A stretch of 27,409 bases of DNA, taken from positions 1 to 27,409 of the forward strand of contig JBHLRQ010000034.1 in assembly GCA_048882385.1 (NCBI GenBank), given 5' to 3'. Below the pieces are notes generated by a model that was given only the letters and a program-made list of their open reading frames with translations, was not told the origin of the DNA and ran no database searches. Below are positions 1 to 8,987 of the stretch, one piece after another. Position numbers and translations under genes: made by a program. This stretch comes from Candidatus Thorarchaeota archaeon (GTDB taxonomy: Archaea > Asgardarchaeota > Thorarchaeia > Thorarchaeales > Thorarchaeaceae). Each line of letters opens with the position of its first letter. The first letter of the stretch is position 1.

Positions 1-564
1 ATCTCAGCATTCATCACAGCTGTCACAAGTTTCAGAGGTGAATTCGATATTGAATCAACAACAGAGGAGTGGGGATTGATTCCCATCTCCGATATTGTTC
101 GAGTAGTTTCAACCAACAAACTTGTCTGTGCATTCATCACAACAGGCAATCCATCAGCTGAACAACGTGAGCGTATGATCAAATTTGCAAAAGCTGTTGG
201 ATTCATCTTCGATGATTCTCTTGGTGATGCTCCAATCGTTGTACTCGACCATCATACTACACTCCAGTTTGACTCTCTGTTCGATGATATTCTCGATGGT
301 GCACTTCTTAGAACATACACATTAGATGAGGAAAAGAAGTTCCCAACATCGACATGTGCTGATGAACGAATTGCGAAAAAGCATGGAGAAGAGTTCAAAC
401 TAGAAGAGCTAGCTACAGAGATTGCTTCCTGTGGTCTTGAAGAAGGAAGAGTCTATCAAGCAATCATGAAAGCTCTGGATAATAAACTCCTAGTTTCAAC
501 AGAGGATTCACCCTTCAAAACTAAACTAGTCAGAGCACCTGACATTGTTGAAGAAGAGAGCTAG
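1..564 (+). CDS. C-terminal part of a larger protein, 5'-truncated by the window; possible longin/roadblock-like domain
   Basis: Frame 1 is open from base 1 (ISAFITAVTSFRGEFDIESTTEEWGLIPISDIVRVVST...), so the ORF-track start at 76 is not the real start. The SAFITAVxSFxxE helix resembles longin-like domains of Asgard proteins (inference). Confidence 0.6.
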   Translation: MSAFITAVTSFRGEFDIESTTEEWGLIPISDIVRVVSTNKLVCAFITTGNPSAEQRERMIKFAKAVGFIFDDSLGDAPIVVLDHHTTLQFDSLFDDILDGALLRTYTLDEEKKFPTSTCADERIAKKHGEEFKLEELATEIASCGLEEGRVYQAIMKALDNKLLVSTEDSPFKTKLVRAPDIVEEES

Positions 565-575
565 AAAGAAAACTG

Positions 576-602
576 ATGGTGAGAGGTTGTTCCTCTCACC
601 AT
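576..602. terminator. Hairpin between convergent genes, likely a bidirectional terminator
   Basis: ATGGTGAGAGG-ttgtt-CCTCTCACCAT, a perfect 11-bp stem between the stops at 564 and 610. Confidence 0.7.
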
Positions 603-609
603 GGACTCT

Positions 610-1416
610 CTACTCAAGATTTCGAACAAGGTAGTAATCTAGCCAGTTCTTTTTCCGGATAAAGGGCACTATCAGGATGAGTAGTGCAACAACAATTGCT
701 ACGATAATAGCAGTATTGTAGATTAGAGGAATTGACATCCATTTTGATGCGATGCCTGTTGAAGCCCATATTACAACAAGTCCATAGGCGATATCCCTTC
801 TCAATACAATCATTAGAGTAGTAATGAGAAGTGCGACAACAAGGACTAAAGCGGTCCAGATGTATTCAACTTCCGGATCAAATGCTATGTTTGCATTTAG
901 GACTGCCGCGGTGTTTGCTATTGTAGCCAATGAAATCCATCCTAGATAGACGCTTGTTGGAAGATGGATAGCTAGTTTCTGTCCGAGTGAAACCTCTTTG
1001 ATTCCTATCTCAAGACGGACATAAGTCAACAGTAGGATTACTAGGAATCCAACGATGAGAAACTCACTCCATACTAGTAGTGGAGTATTGCCATAGGAAT
1101 AATGGAATAGAATCAGCCAAGCCACATTCAATATTGCACCAATAAGATACAGGTACCCAATCTTACTCAAATACTCTGCATTTACTTGATCCTTCTTTGC
1201 CTGAAAGACCATGAAGACAAAGAGAAGGACATAGATGACCCCCCATATCGCAAATACATAGCCCGGAGGTGTAAAGTAATTGGGGAACGAGTCAGCAACC
1301 GTTCCAGTGTTCACCCCGTTAAAAGGTAGAATATTTGCTAGTGCGTTCATCACAATTGTGAATAGTACTGCGATGATGTTTATAATTTGGAATTTCTTGT
1401 AATTATTATTTGACAT
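610..1416 (-). CDS. TspO/MBR-related tryptophan-rich multi-pass membrane protein
   Basis: Motif TPPGYVFAIWGVIY, later LNVAWLILF and YLGWISLATIAN; about 8 TM segments. ATG at 1416 follows a GGGAG RBS (ORF track starts at 1428). Confidence 0.8.
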   Translation of the reverse strand: MSNNNYKKFQIINIIAVLFTIVMNALANILPFNGVNTGTVADSFPNYFTPPGYVFAIWGVIYVLLFVFMVFQAKKDQVNAEYLSKIGYLYLIGAILNVAWLILFHYSYGNTPLLVWSEFLIVGFLVILLLTYVRLEIGIKEVSLGQKLAIHLPTSVYLGWISLATIANTAAVLNANIAFDPEVEYIWTALVLVVALLITTLMIVLRRDIAYGLVVIWASTGIASKWMSIPLIYNTAIIVAIVVALLILIVPFIRKKNWLDYYLVRNLE

Positions 1417-1433
1417 ATAAACTCCCAAAATCT

Positions 1434-1496
1434 GTTAACTATAGTTAGCTTTTAAATGTTGGTGTAGGGTTTTCCAGAATGAATTATTAACTAGTT
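1434..1496. promoter_or_regulatory. Divergent promoter region with palindromes (candidate operators)
   Basis: TAACTATAGTTA perfect palindrome (1436-1447), AACTAGTT (1489-1496) and a TTTAAA box at about 1451. Confidence 0.45.
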
Positions 1497-1512
1497 CTAT
1501 ATTCTAGACAGC

Positions 1513-2286
1513 ATGGAAGAACTCTCAAAGCTCTTTTTTGAGCTATCAAATGAAGATCGACTCAGAATTCTGAAGGTCTTGAGAGAAGGTCCTACAAAAT
1601 TGACTCCCCTTTCGACAACACTTGATTTGACTGTTCAGGAAACCTCTAGACATCTTGCAAGAATGACTAAAGCTGAACTGATTCAGAAAGAGCCAAGTGG
1701 TGCTTATTCTATTACAGCATACGGTTCGCAGCTTCAAGAGGTTCTACCTTCCTTCTCTTTTCTCATTAAGAACAAAGACTATTTCATGAGTCATACTCTA
1801 TCCAATTTACCAAAGAAGTTCATCAGTAGGATTGGAGATTTGGTGAATGCCGAATTGACAGACAATGCAATTGTCCTGTTTCAGCATGTAGATGCTCTGA
1901 TTTCCAGAGCAAATGAGTATGTTTGGATTTTGTCTGATCAGGCATTATCGAGTACATTCCCACTTCTTATGGAGAGTATGGAGAGAGGAGTCGAATTTAG
2001 AGTTGTCTTACCTGCTGACATTGGAGTACCACAAATCCCTGAGGAGAAATTACCGGACTTTGGGAAATTCAGAGAAGAGTTGATGCAACCAAGACACCTT
2101 GAGAGTGTGACCCATGTTGTTATATTGTCCGAATCTGAAGCGATCCTCGCCCTTCCGGACCTGGATGGGCGACTTGATTACATAGGTTTCAGATTCGACA
2201 ATAAAGCAGGACATGCCTATTGCTACGACCTCTTTCTTCATTTTTGGGACCAAGGAAACCCAGTCGTGTTTGACACGAGAGGTTAA
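1513..2286 (+). CDS. Archaeal winged-HTH (ArsR-like) transcriptional regulator with a C-terminal effector domain (COG4742-like)
   Basis: N-terminal LFFELSNEDRLRIL...QETSRHLARM...YSITAYG, followed by the YFMSHTLSNLP motif and a C-terminal alpha/beta domain. Confidence 0.8.
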   Translation: MEELSKLFFELSNEDRLRILKVLREGPTKLTPLSTTLDLTVQETSRHLARMTKAELIQKEPSGAYSITAYGSQLQEVLPSFSFLIKNKDYFMSHTLSNLPKKFISRIGDLVNAELTDNAIVLFQHVDALISRANEYVWILSDQALSSTFPLLMESMERGVEFRVVLPADIGVPQIPEEKLPDFGKFREELMQPRHLESVTHVVILSESEAILALPDLDGRLDYIGFRFDNKAGHAYCYDLFLHFWDQGNPVVFDTRG

Positions 2287-2317
2287 GAAAACAGAGAATC
2301 ACTGAAATCCTAGATCT

Positions 2318-2818
2318 CTATTCATTCTGCTTTTGTTTCTCCCAGTCTCGTCGAATGGCAGTCAAATGCCCGGTATGATAGTTCAGATGGGTGAATCCAT
2401 TTGCTAACACTTCTCTACAAGACATACCCACAAAAAAAGAGGGAGCAGTTCCTTGCTCGATGACTCGATCAAAGTCACTAGGTGTGGCTTTCTTCGCCCA
2501 TTCTAGCATGTTGGCTTCAGTTGCGTCGTAGTACTCTTGAATCTCGGACAGCGGTGTCCCCATCCAATCACCAGTGGTCCCTGGTTGATAAAGTTTGAAC
2601 ATCTTGGGATTCATGGGAGGTCCTTGTTCAATCAACATATTTACAGAGAAGTCATAGATTGCAGCTTGATGTGCTAGAATCCAACCAAATGCAGACATTC
2701 CGTTACGAGGACGATAGGAAAGGTCATCGCATCCCGCTTTTGAGAGGAGTTGAATTTCCATATCACGCCACTTTCTCACACTCTTCGCTGCAAGCTGGAT
2801 GTCTTGAATATCACTCAT
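2318..2818 (-). CDS. DinB/YfiT-like protein
   Basis: GWILAHQA and HLNYHTGHL His triad typical of the DinB superfamily. Start may be 2818 or 2827. Confidence 0.8.
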   Translation of the reverse strand: MSDIQDIQLAAKSVRKWRDMEIQLLSKAGCDDLSYRPRNGMSAFGWILAHQAAIYDFSVNMLIEQGPPMNPKMFKLYQPGTTGDWMGTPLSEIQEYYDATEANMLEWAKKATPSDFDRVIEQGTAPSFFVGMSCREVLANGFTHLNYHTGHLTAIRRDWEKQKQNE

Positions 2819-2879
2819 TCTGATCACGCGAATATTCCATTCACTATCTTTTTAGAATTGGCATTTAAGAACGGCACGG

Positions 2880-2911
2880 AAAAAAAAGGGTGGGAGCGGA
2901 TTCCGCTCCCA
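2880..2911 (-). terminator. Terminator of the 609-aa gene
   Basis: TGGGAGCGG-att-CCGCTCCCA stem followed on the minus strand by a T8 run, just after the stop at 2919. Confidence 0.8.
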
Positions 2912-2918
2912 GTTTCAA

Positions 2919-4748
2919 TTACTTCAACTCTTTCCTCTCATTATTTATTCTCACACATACCACAGAGATTGCTACTACACCAAGGACACCAACAACAACT
3001 GAAGAACCAATTAGACCGGAAATGAAGGCGCTTGCAGCAAATGGTGCAGTTAGCGGGAATACTGAGAAGATAGGGTCGTGAGTTATTGAGTAGCCATCCC
3101 AGTTTGCATAACACGAAGCGTAGTAGGAGATCGGCCAGAAACCATAGTCACTGACTGCAGATGTTCGTTCATTTGCAGTTGTACGTACTCCCCCATAGTA
3201 ATCATAGAAGTACATAGGCATGAAGATAGTTCCAACATCGTATGTACCTCCATCCTTACCCCAGACATAAGTTCCTCCGAACTCTACAGTTGAACGAAGT
3301 GTCTGCTGCTCAGAGAACCGGATGAATCCATCAACGACCTCGGTTGTTTCAAGGGGATCAGTGGGGGCAGCAGTGAATTCCTCGGGTTCTGTTGAGTCAG
3401 TGGTGGGCGGCATTTCTTCGTATCCTGTTCCATTGATACCAATTGGGTCGGTCGGGTCTCCGGGCACAGGTTCAACAGGCACCTCAGGAACAATCGTGAA
3501 AATGGAGAATGAGCTCCAATAGTTCAGAGTAAGTCCAAGACCCTCCAACTCTTCAGGGATGAGGTCAGTAACAGGGTCAACAAAGTCTCCAACATACTGA
3601 TCAATCTTGATGACCGCAGCAGTATCTGTAGTTTCAAACCTGAATGTGAATTCGACTGCTTCAATGTTCACGGGAACAGAGTCTTGGTCAACAGGATCAA
3701 TGGGTGGCCAGATGTCGCAGAAGCAGATATTGACTGGATAGTATTCTACAAGATTCCCATTGATGTCAACTACTTCAACACTCCACTCAATCTGGTTATT
3801 CTCATTGATATGGGGTGTGACAACATCTCCGACTCTTGCATTATCAGCATAGAAGTCATAGACGAGTTCAGATGCTGTCCGATTCAGTTCTGTATTGACC
3901 CAATCGATAGCACCGTCCCCGTTCCAGTCATATTCGACCTCATCGTAGACCAGATCCATTATTCCATTGTCATTCTTGTCATTGAACACGCTGAGACCAG
4001 AGAAGTAGTGTTGCATCCACTCTTCAGTGTCGTCAGTTCGGAGCATTTCGTTTACATCATATCCAAAGCCACTATAGTTCCAATCATAGTCATACTCGTA
4101 GGTTTCGTTCATGAATGAAGCCCACTGGTACTCCTCAGTCAGATAGGGGATGACTGTATTTGGATCGACTGCATGACCGGTTTCATTAGTCCAGTGATAG
4201 TCAGCGTAATAGTAAGAACTGTCATTGTACTCGTTATAGTAGAAGGAGGAGTAGATGAATACCTCATCACCAGTGAGTGCTCCTCCTTCCGGCATCCAAT
4301 ATATGCCCCATAGATCAGTGACATTACCCTGACTAGCCATCCATGCCATGTATGAAGCATCAGGATCGAGAAGGATAACAACGAGGAGATAAGAGAAGGC
4401 CCAGGAAGAGGACCAGTTGTAATAACTATTCTCAGATATGGTATAATTATTTCCAAAGATGTCTTCAACATAGTATTCAGTGAGGAATTCGGTTCCTCTC
4501 TCAGTGATATTCGTGTCAGTATAATATCCTGGATCAATTGGAACTGAATAATCACTTCCTGACTGATTCCACCATTCCCATGCAACATACACTCCAGGTT
4601 GCATTTCGGTAAAAGGAGTTACAATCTGGTTCGGTGTGAATGAGTTTCCTTGAACAAGAGGGAGTTGCATCCCGATTCCTGTTATTGCCAGACTTGTAAG
4701 CAACATGAGAGTCGAGAATTGGATTATTTTTGCCAGCTTAGCTTTCAT
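2919..4748 (-). CDS. Secreted, C-terminally anchored acidic cell-surface protein
   Basis: N-terminal signal peptide; Tyr/Trp/Asp-rich body; DxNDNG and DWNGDG Ca-binding-like motifs; Pro/Thr/Glu linker; many NxS/T sequons; C-terminal TM helix with a basic tail. Confidence 0.75.
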   Translation of the reverse strand: MKAKLAKIIQFSTLMLLTSLAITGIGMQLPLVQGNSFTPNQIVTPFTEMQPGVYVAWEWWNQSGSDYSVPIDPGYYTDTNITERGTEFLTEYYVEDIFGNNYTISENSYYNWSSSWAFSYLLVVILLDPDASYMAWMASQGNVTDLWGIYWMPEGGALTGDEVFIYSSFYYNEYNDSSYYYADYHWTNETGHAVDPNTVIPYLTEEYQWASFMNETYEYDYDWNYSGFGYDVNEMLRTDDTEEWMQHYFSGLSVFNDKNDNGIMDLVYDEVEYDWNGDGAIDWVNTELNRTASELVYDFYADNARVGDVVTPHINENNQIEWSVEVVDINGNLVEYYPVNICFCDIWPPIDPVDQDSVPVNIEAVEFTFRFETTDTAAVIKIDQYVGDFVDPVTDLIPEELEGLGLTLNYWSSFSIFTIVPEVPVEPVPGDPTDPIGINGTGYEEMPPTTDSTEPEEFTAAPTDPLETTEVVDGFIRFSEQQTLRSTVEFGGTYVWGKDGGTYDVGTIFMPMYFYDYYGGVRTTANERTSAVSDYGFWPISYYASCYANWDGYSITHDPIFSVFPLTAPFAASAFISGLIGSSVVVGVLGVVAISVVCVRINNERKELK

Positions 4749-4911
4749 CGTAAGATCATTCCAAGTTTCTAATCTACGAAAAGATTCAGGGTCAGATAGT
4801 ATAATAGCAGTTTTCTGTGAACTGTTCAGTCTATGATTGAAAAAAGAGTTATGGGATGCGTTTCAATGATTTAGGGCTTTATATTGGTTTATGATTGTTC
4901 GAAAAGACTAA

Positions 4912-5400
4912 TCAGCGAGTCACTTTCTGTTCTAAGACAACGATTTTGGTCCTTCCGCTTTCTACTCGGCTGACAAGGGATTTTCGCTCAAGTGTAGAGA
5001 GAGTTACACTAAGCGTGGACTTGCTCAACCCAGTGGCTCGTCTGAGTTCATCTTGGGTCATCTGACCTCCATTCTCTTCAAGACGATTGATGATTCGTCG
5101 CTCTGTGTTTGTGAGTGTGACAACAAGCACTTTCTCAGGAACAGGCTCCTTGATTTCGTTACTTGTCACTATGTCCTCAAGTAGAGAGACCCTTCTCTGT
5201 AGTCGAATTACCACTAGTATAGCAACATTGAGTATTAGAACTAGTGAGATCACGAGAGCAATCGTCGTGGCGAGGAATACTATTTCTTTAGCAACAGGTA
5301 GAGCGGTAATCCAGGTCCAGAGGGCTATTGACAGAGTGGCCAGAGAAATGATGACTAGAACAATGTCGAGTCGTTTGCTCCGGTCTCTGGCGCGGGTCAT
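4912..5400 (-). CDS. Membrane-anchored winged-HTH regulator (COG2512-like)
   Basis: Two N-terminal TM helices, then LTNTERRII...MTQDELRRATGLSKSTLSVTLSTLERKSLV wHTH. Confidence 0.8.
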   Translation of the reverse strand: MTRARDRSKRLDIVLVIISLATLSIALWTWITALPVAKEIVFLATTIALVISLVLILNVAILVVIRLQRRVSLLEDIVTSNEIKEPVPEKVLVVTLTNTERRIINRLEENGGQMTQDELRRATGLSKSTLSVTLSTLERKSLVSRVESGRTKIVVLEQKVTR

Positions 5401-5520
5401 AGGACAACACAGGATGCACTGAGAAGCTTAGACTTATGAATTCAACTAAGTTTGTAGTGCAATTCATGTTGTTACAAAAAGGCCATAACGGAGTAACTTG
5501 GATGAAAATATGGTGACGAC

Positions 5521-5913
5521 ATGTCGGAAACCGCTACTGGGCAGCTCACGCTAAAGGAGTTGAGAGAGCTTCGTAGACTAAAGGTTGTCAGAGAAGCTCT
5601 TGATAGATTGAAACGAAAGGGAATAACTGCGGACCTTCCAATCTGTCCTGTTTGCAAGAGTCCAAGACTTGTTGACTTGACATCAGCTCATGACCTTGGA
5701 ATCTTTCCAGGCTCACTCCAACCAGCTTTCTATTGTATTGACTGTGGATGGTACGGGCGAATTGCTCCTGTCATGTCAAACCGTCCTCAGAAAGATGCTG
5801 TGCTTGAAGACCTTCAAGGTGCTTTTGCACCACTGATGGACCCTGATCAAGACCCAGTCCAAGAGGATGTCGCTGAAGAAGATGTCGATCTATTCACTGG
5901 GGATGCGTCGTAA
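5521..5913 (+). CDS. Zn-ribbon protein with an acidic tail
   Basis: CPVC...CIDCGW; GGTGA RBS upstream; 3' end overlaps the next convergent gene by 24 nt. Confidence 0.7.
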   Translation: MSETATGQLTLKELRELRRLKVVREALDRLKRKGITADLPICPVCKSPRLVDLTSAHDLGIFPGSLQPAFYCIDCGWYGRIAPVMSNRPQKDAVLEDLQGAFAPLMDPDQDPVQEDVAEEDVDLFTGDAS

Positions 5914-6183
5914 CTCATACATCAGAGGATTGAATCCATCAGGACAAGCATGAGTAGAAACACACTGATCTTTAAGCCAAGGAAATCTTGCATTATACAT
6001 CATAGCATAGACCTTCGGCATCATTGAATACAATGCACTGATACAGATTTTCCCCTTGACCTCATCACCTGTGAATAATACCTCATCTCCAATTTTGTGT
6101 CCTGCGCCGCACGTACCTTCTTGTTTTACAACACGACACAGTATCTGCCAGGGCTCATCGCGAATGCAGTTTTCATCTGTCAT
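5890..6183 (-). CDS. TIGR04076-family Cys-rich small protein
   Basis: GTCGAGHKIGD, KICISALYSM and ACPD motifs. Confidence 0.8.
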   Translation of the reverse strand: MTDENCIRDEPWQILCRVVKQEGTCGAGHKIGDEVLFTGDEVKGKICISALYSMMPKVYAMMYNARFPWLKDQCVSTHACPDGFNPLMYELRRIPSE

Positions 6184-6225
6184 AAATCTGATAATGAAAC
6201 AATGAGGTTCTAAAGATATTGGAAC

Positions 6226-7602
6226 TCACAATTTCGAATCGTCCTCAACATCTGTGTCAAGATCATCATCGTCAATGAAAACGGGACTATTCTTACCATC
6301 TGCCAGATCTGAGAGTGTAATTTCATGTGGCTCGAAAGCATCATGATCTACTGGCAACTCCCCTGCTGCCCTCAGACTCATTTTTACTGCCAATGGACCT
6401 ACCATCTCTAAAATCATTGTAGAAACAGCAACAACTCCGAGAATCAGGATACCCATTGTCTGAGCATCACCACCCAATGCAACAAAGGTTTCTTCAATGA
6501 TAAAAGAAAGACCGAGTGCCACTCCTGCTTGACACAGTAGACATCCACCCAGATACTTTTGAATCTCAGGAACCTCATTGACAATGCGGCCTCCAATAGA
6601 AGCTCCAAAATATTTTGCAATTGTTCTTCCTCCAAGATAGAGCGCTGCGGTTATAGCTATCAGAAGGAGAGTTTCAGAGGTAGTGAGAAGTTGAGCCATT
6701 CTCCCGCCCACCATAACAAAGAATATCATAACGACAGGTGACATGACGCGTTCAAGCATTTCAGGCACCTGTTCCTTGTCATGCCCGATTCGAGAACGTA
6801 CTAGATACCCAAAGACCATTGCTGCAAAGATGTCACTGATTTTTATCAGAAATCCCATGGATTCGAGATACATGTTGATTGCTTCAATTAGCCCAATCAA
6901 AAGAATGACCATTCCAATCTCAAGTTCAAGCAATTTCCCCCTATCCCTTTCTCTGTTCACGGGATAGATGAAAATAAGTCCAAAGAGGGCTCCGAACATA
7001 ACAGATCCAAAGATTCCTATCACTGGTTCAAAAATTACTGAACTGAAAGCTATTGAATCAGGAACAAACACCCACAGAGCAAAGGCAATGGCCGAATTCG
7101 TTAGAATCACTGCTGCTATATCATCAGCGGCAAGTACAAACATGAGGGAGGAGGTAACAGGACCTTCGCATTCACATTCCCAAACCACATCTGCTGTGGC
7201 AGCCGGTGCAGTTGCGCTTGCAACTGCTCCAAAAAGAATAGCAGTAGGAAGGGCATTAGGAAACCCAACCGATGAAAGAATCGATAATGTCAAGAAAGTG
7301 ACCACTAAGAAAGCTGCTGTCGCTTCTATGAGCACGATGATTAGGAGTCTTCGCATCCTCGGTCCTGTGAGATTTGGACTACTCAGTTCGTGACCTATAT
7401 TGTAACCAATCAAGCCAAGAGCCAGAGCGACAAAGAAACGTAAGTCATGGATTGCCTGCTCTGTAAGAATTGTTGTCAAACCCAAAACGACACCTGCAAG
7501 CATGAATCCAAGTGTCTGTGGAATACCCAACCTTTTGAGTATGTATGCACCAATGTATGCGAGTACAAGTGCTGCACCAACAGTCAACAGGAAGAATTCC
7601 AA
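6226..7602 (-). CDS. Cation:proton antiporter (Na+/H+ exchanger family)
   Basis: About 12-13 TM segments; ASATAPAAT, AADD, FFVMVG, GRTIAKYFG and QAGVALGL motifs; TTG start; acidic tail. Confidence 0.9.
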   Translation of the reverse strand: MEFFLLTVGAALVLAYIGAYILKRLGIPQTLGFMLAGVVLGLTTILTEQAIHDLRFFVALALGLIGYNIGHELSSPNLTGPRMRRLLIIVLIEATAAFLVVTFLTLSILSSVGFPNALPTAILFGAVASATAPAATADVVWECECEGPVTSSLMFVLAADDIAAVILTNSAIAFALWVFVPDSIAFSSVIFEPVIGIFGSVMFGALFGLIFIYPVNRERDRGKLLELEIGMVILLIGLIEAINMYLESMGFLIKISDIFAAMVFGYLVRSRIGHDKEQVPEMLERVMSPVVMIFFVMVGGRMAQLLTTSETLLLIAITAALYLGGRTIAKYFGASIGGRIVNEVPEIQKYLGGCLLCQAGVALGLSFIIEETFVALGGDAQTMGILILGVVAVSTMILEMVGPLAVKMSLRAAGELPVDHDAFEPHEITLSDLADGKNSPVFIDDDDLDTDVEDDSKL

Positions 7603-7712
7603 CAGAGTAGACTCCAGATATTTGTATAGATGACTGTCGATTTAAAACTGCGGTCCTTTTTAGGCTATTGTTAGCGGACTGTCTTGAAACGTGAATCTAA
7701 ACGCTTCGAGTA

Positions 7713-8396
7713 TCATTTGAGTGTTGTATAATAGACACAGAGATGGCTTAGAAAGCACTCGTCACATTTTGGATTCTGAGCTCTGCAGATCTCTCTACCA
7801 TGACGAACCAAGTTCTTGTTCAGAGAAGGAATACAGCTAGCGGGCATATAGCGTTCCAGAAGAACATGAGCTTTTTCTCTAGAAACGTTGTCTTCAATTA
7901 TACCAAGGCGTTTTGTCACTCGCCAGACATGTGTGTCCACCGGAAGGACTGGTCGACCAAATGAAAATAGTAAGACAATTGCGGCTGTTTTCGGACCAAC
8001 GCCATGGAGGGAGGTTAACCATTTCTTCGCTTCATCGATCTCCATTGTTTCAAGTAGTGAGAGATCCAATTTACCTACTCTGTCCTTAATCTCTCTTAAT
8101 GTAGCTTGAATTCTCTGAGCCTTCAGATTATACATTCCTGATGCTTTAATGAACAAGGCAACTTCATCCTGCGGTGCATCAAGTACTTCCTCCCAAGTTT
8201 GGTATCGTTCCTTGAGAGCTTCATAAGCACGGAACATGTTGGTGTCGTTTGTATGTTGACTCAATATTGTCATAACAAGCTCATCCAGAGGAGGTAGCTT
8301 TCTAGAGCTTACCTCCTTTCCATAGTAATGGATAAGAATGTTACAGATTTTTTTCGCTTTCAAACGTATTTGCACAGGAAGTTCAGAACCGGTCAT
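7713..8396 (-). CDS. nth: Endonuclease III (HhH-GPD DNA glycosylase with a 4Fe-4S cluster)
   Basis: ILSQHTND, HhH LHGVGPKTA, PVDTHV, and C-x6-C-x2-C-x5-C (CRAQNPKCDECFLSHLC). Confidence 0.9.
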   Translation of the reverse strand: MTGSELPVQIRLKAKKICNILIHYYGKEVSSRKLPPLDELVMTILSQHTNDTNMFRAYEALKERYQTWEEVLDAPQDEVALFIKASGMYNLKAQRIQATLREIKDRVGKLDLSLLETMEIDEAKKWLTSLHGVGPKTAAIVLLFSFGRPVLPVDTHVWRVTKRLGIIEDNVSREKAHVLLERYMPASCIPSLNKNLVRHGREICRAQNPKCDECFLSHLCVYYTTLK

Positions 8397-8498
8397 GCAT
8401 CCTACAGATTGTGCATTCTGACTTATCTACAAAGCGGTAACAACATCCCATTTCGATACTCTTTTGTTAAATCCAACTCATCACCAGCAAGAAACGCA

Positions 8499-8918
8499 AT
8501 GAAAGTAATGATTGTCTGGGAAAGCACAAGAGGTCGTACAAAGGCAATGGCTGATGCGATCTGTGAGGGTGTCACCTCAGCTGGTGCCGAAGGAGTTCTC
8601 ATTGAAGCCAAGGAATTCACGGGACTTGATGATGCCTGCGCATTAGTTCTTGGAAGTTCCACTCGCATGAAGAGAGTTCTTCCCATGGTAAAGAGGGTGA
8701 TGTCAGAACTTCCTCCACTAAATGGACTTCCTGCTGGAGCCTTCGGTTCTTATGGATGGAGCGGTGAAGCACCTGATGAGATTGCTGCTAAATTGACTGA
8801 ACTGGGAGCTGTTCTAGTTGACCAAAACCCTATCAAAGCTAAAGATTACCCGAGTGATTCTATCCTTGATGAATGTAGAGCTCTGGGTGCAAAGTTAGCA
8901 GACTATTGCAAAAAATGA
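8499..8918 (+). CDS. Flavodoxin
   Basis: MKVMIVWESTRGRTKAMA phosphate loop and AFGSYGWSG. Real start is ATG 8499; the ORF-track extension to 8328 overlaps nth. Confidence 0.88.
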   Translation: MKVMIVWESTRGRTKAMADAICEGVTSAGAEGVLIEAKEFTGLDDACALVLGSSTRMKRVLPMVKRVMSELPPLNGLPAGAFGSYGWSGEAPDEIAAKLTELGAVLVDQNPIKAKDYPSDSILDECRALGAKLADYCKK

Positions 8919-8987
8919 TAAGATGCAGATGTGTTTGACACAACTCTTATCATCTTCGAAATTTTCCGACTGAACGGAGTTGAATAA

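Noticed and set aside
8328-8498. N-terminal extension of flavodoxin
   Set aside because: Overlaps nth and the divergent promoter; the fold starts at ATG 8499.
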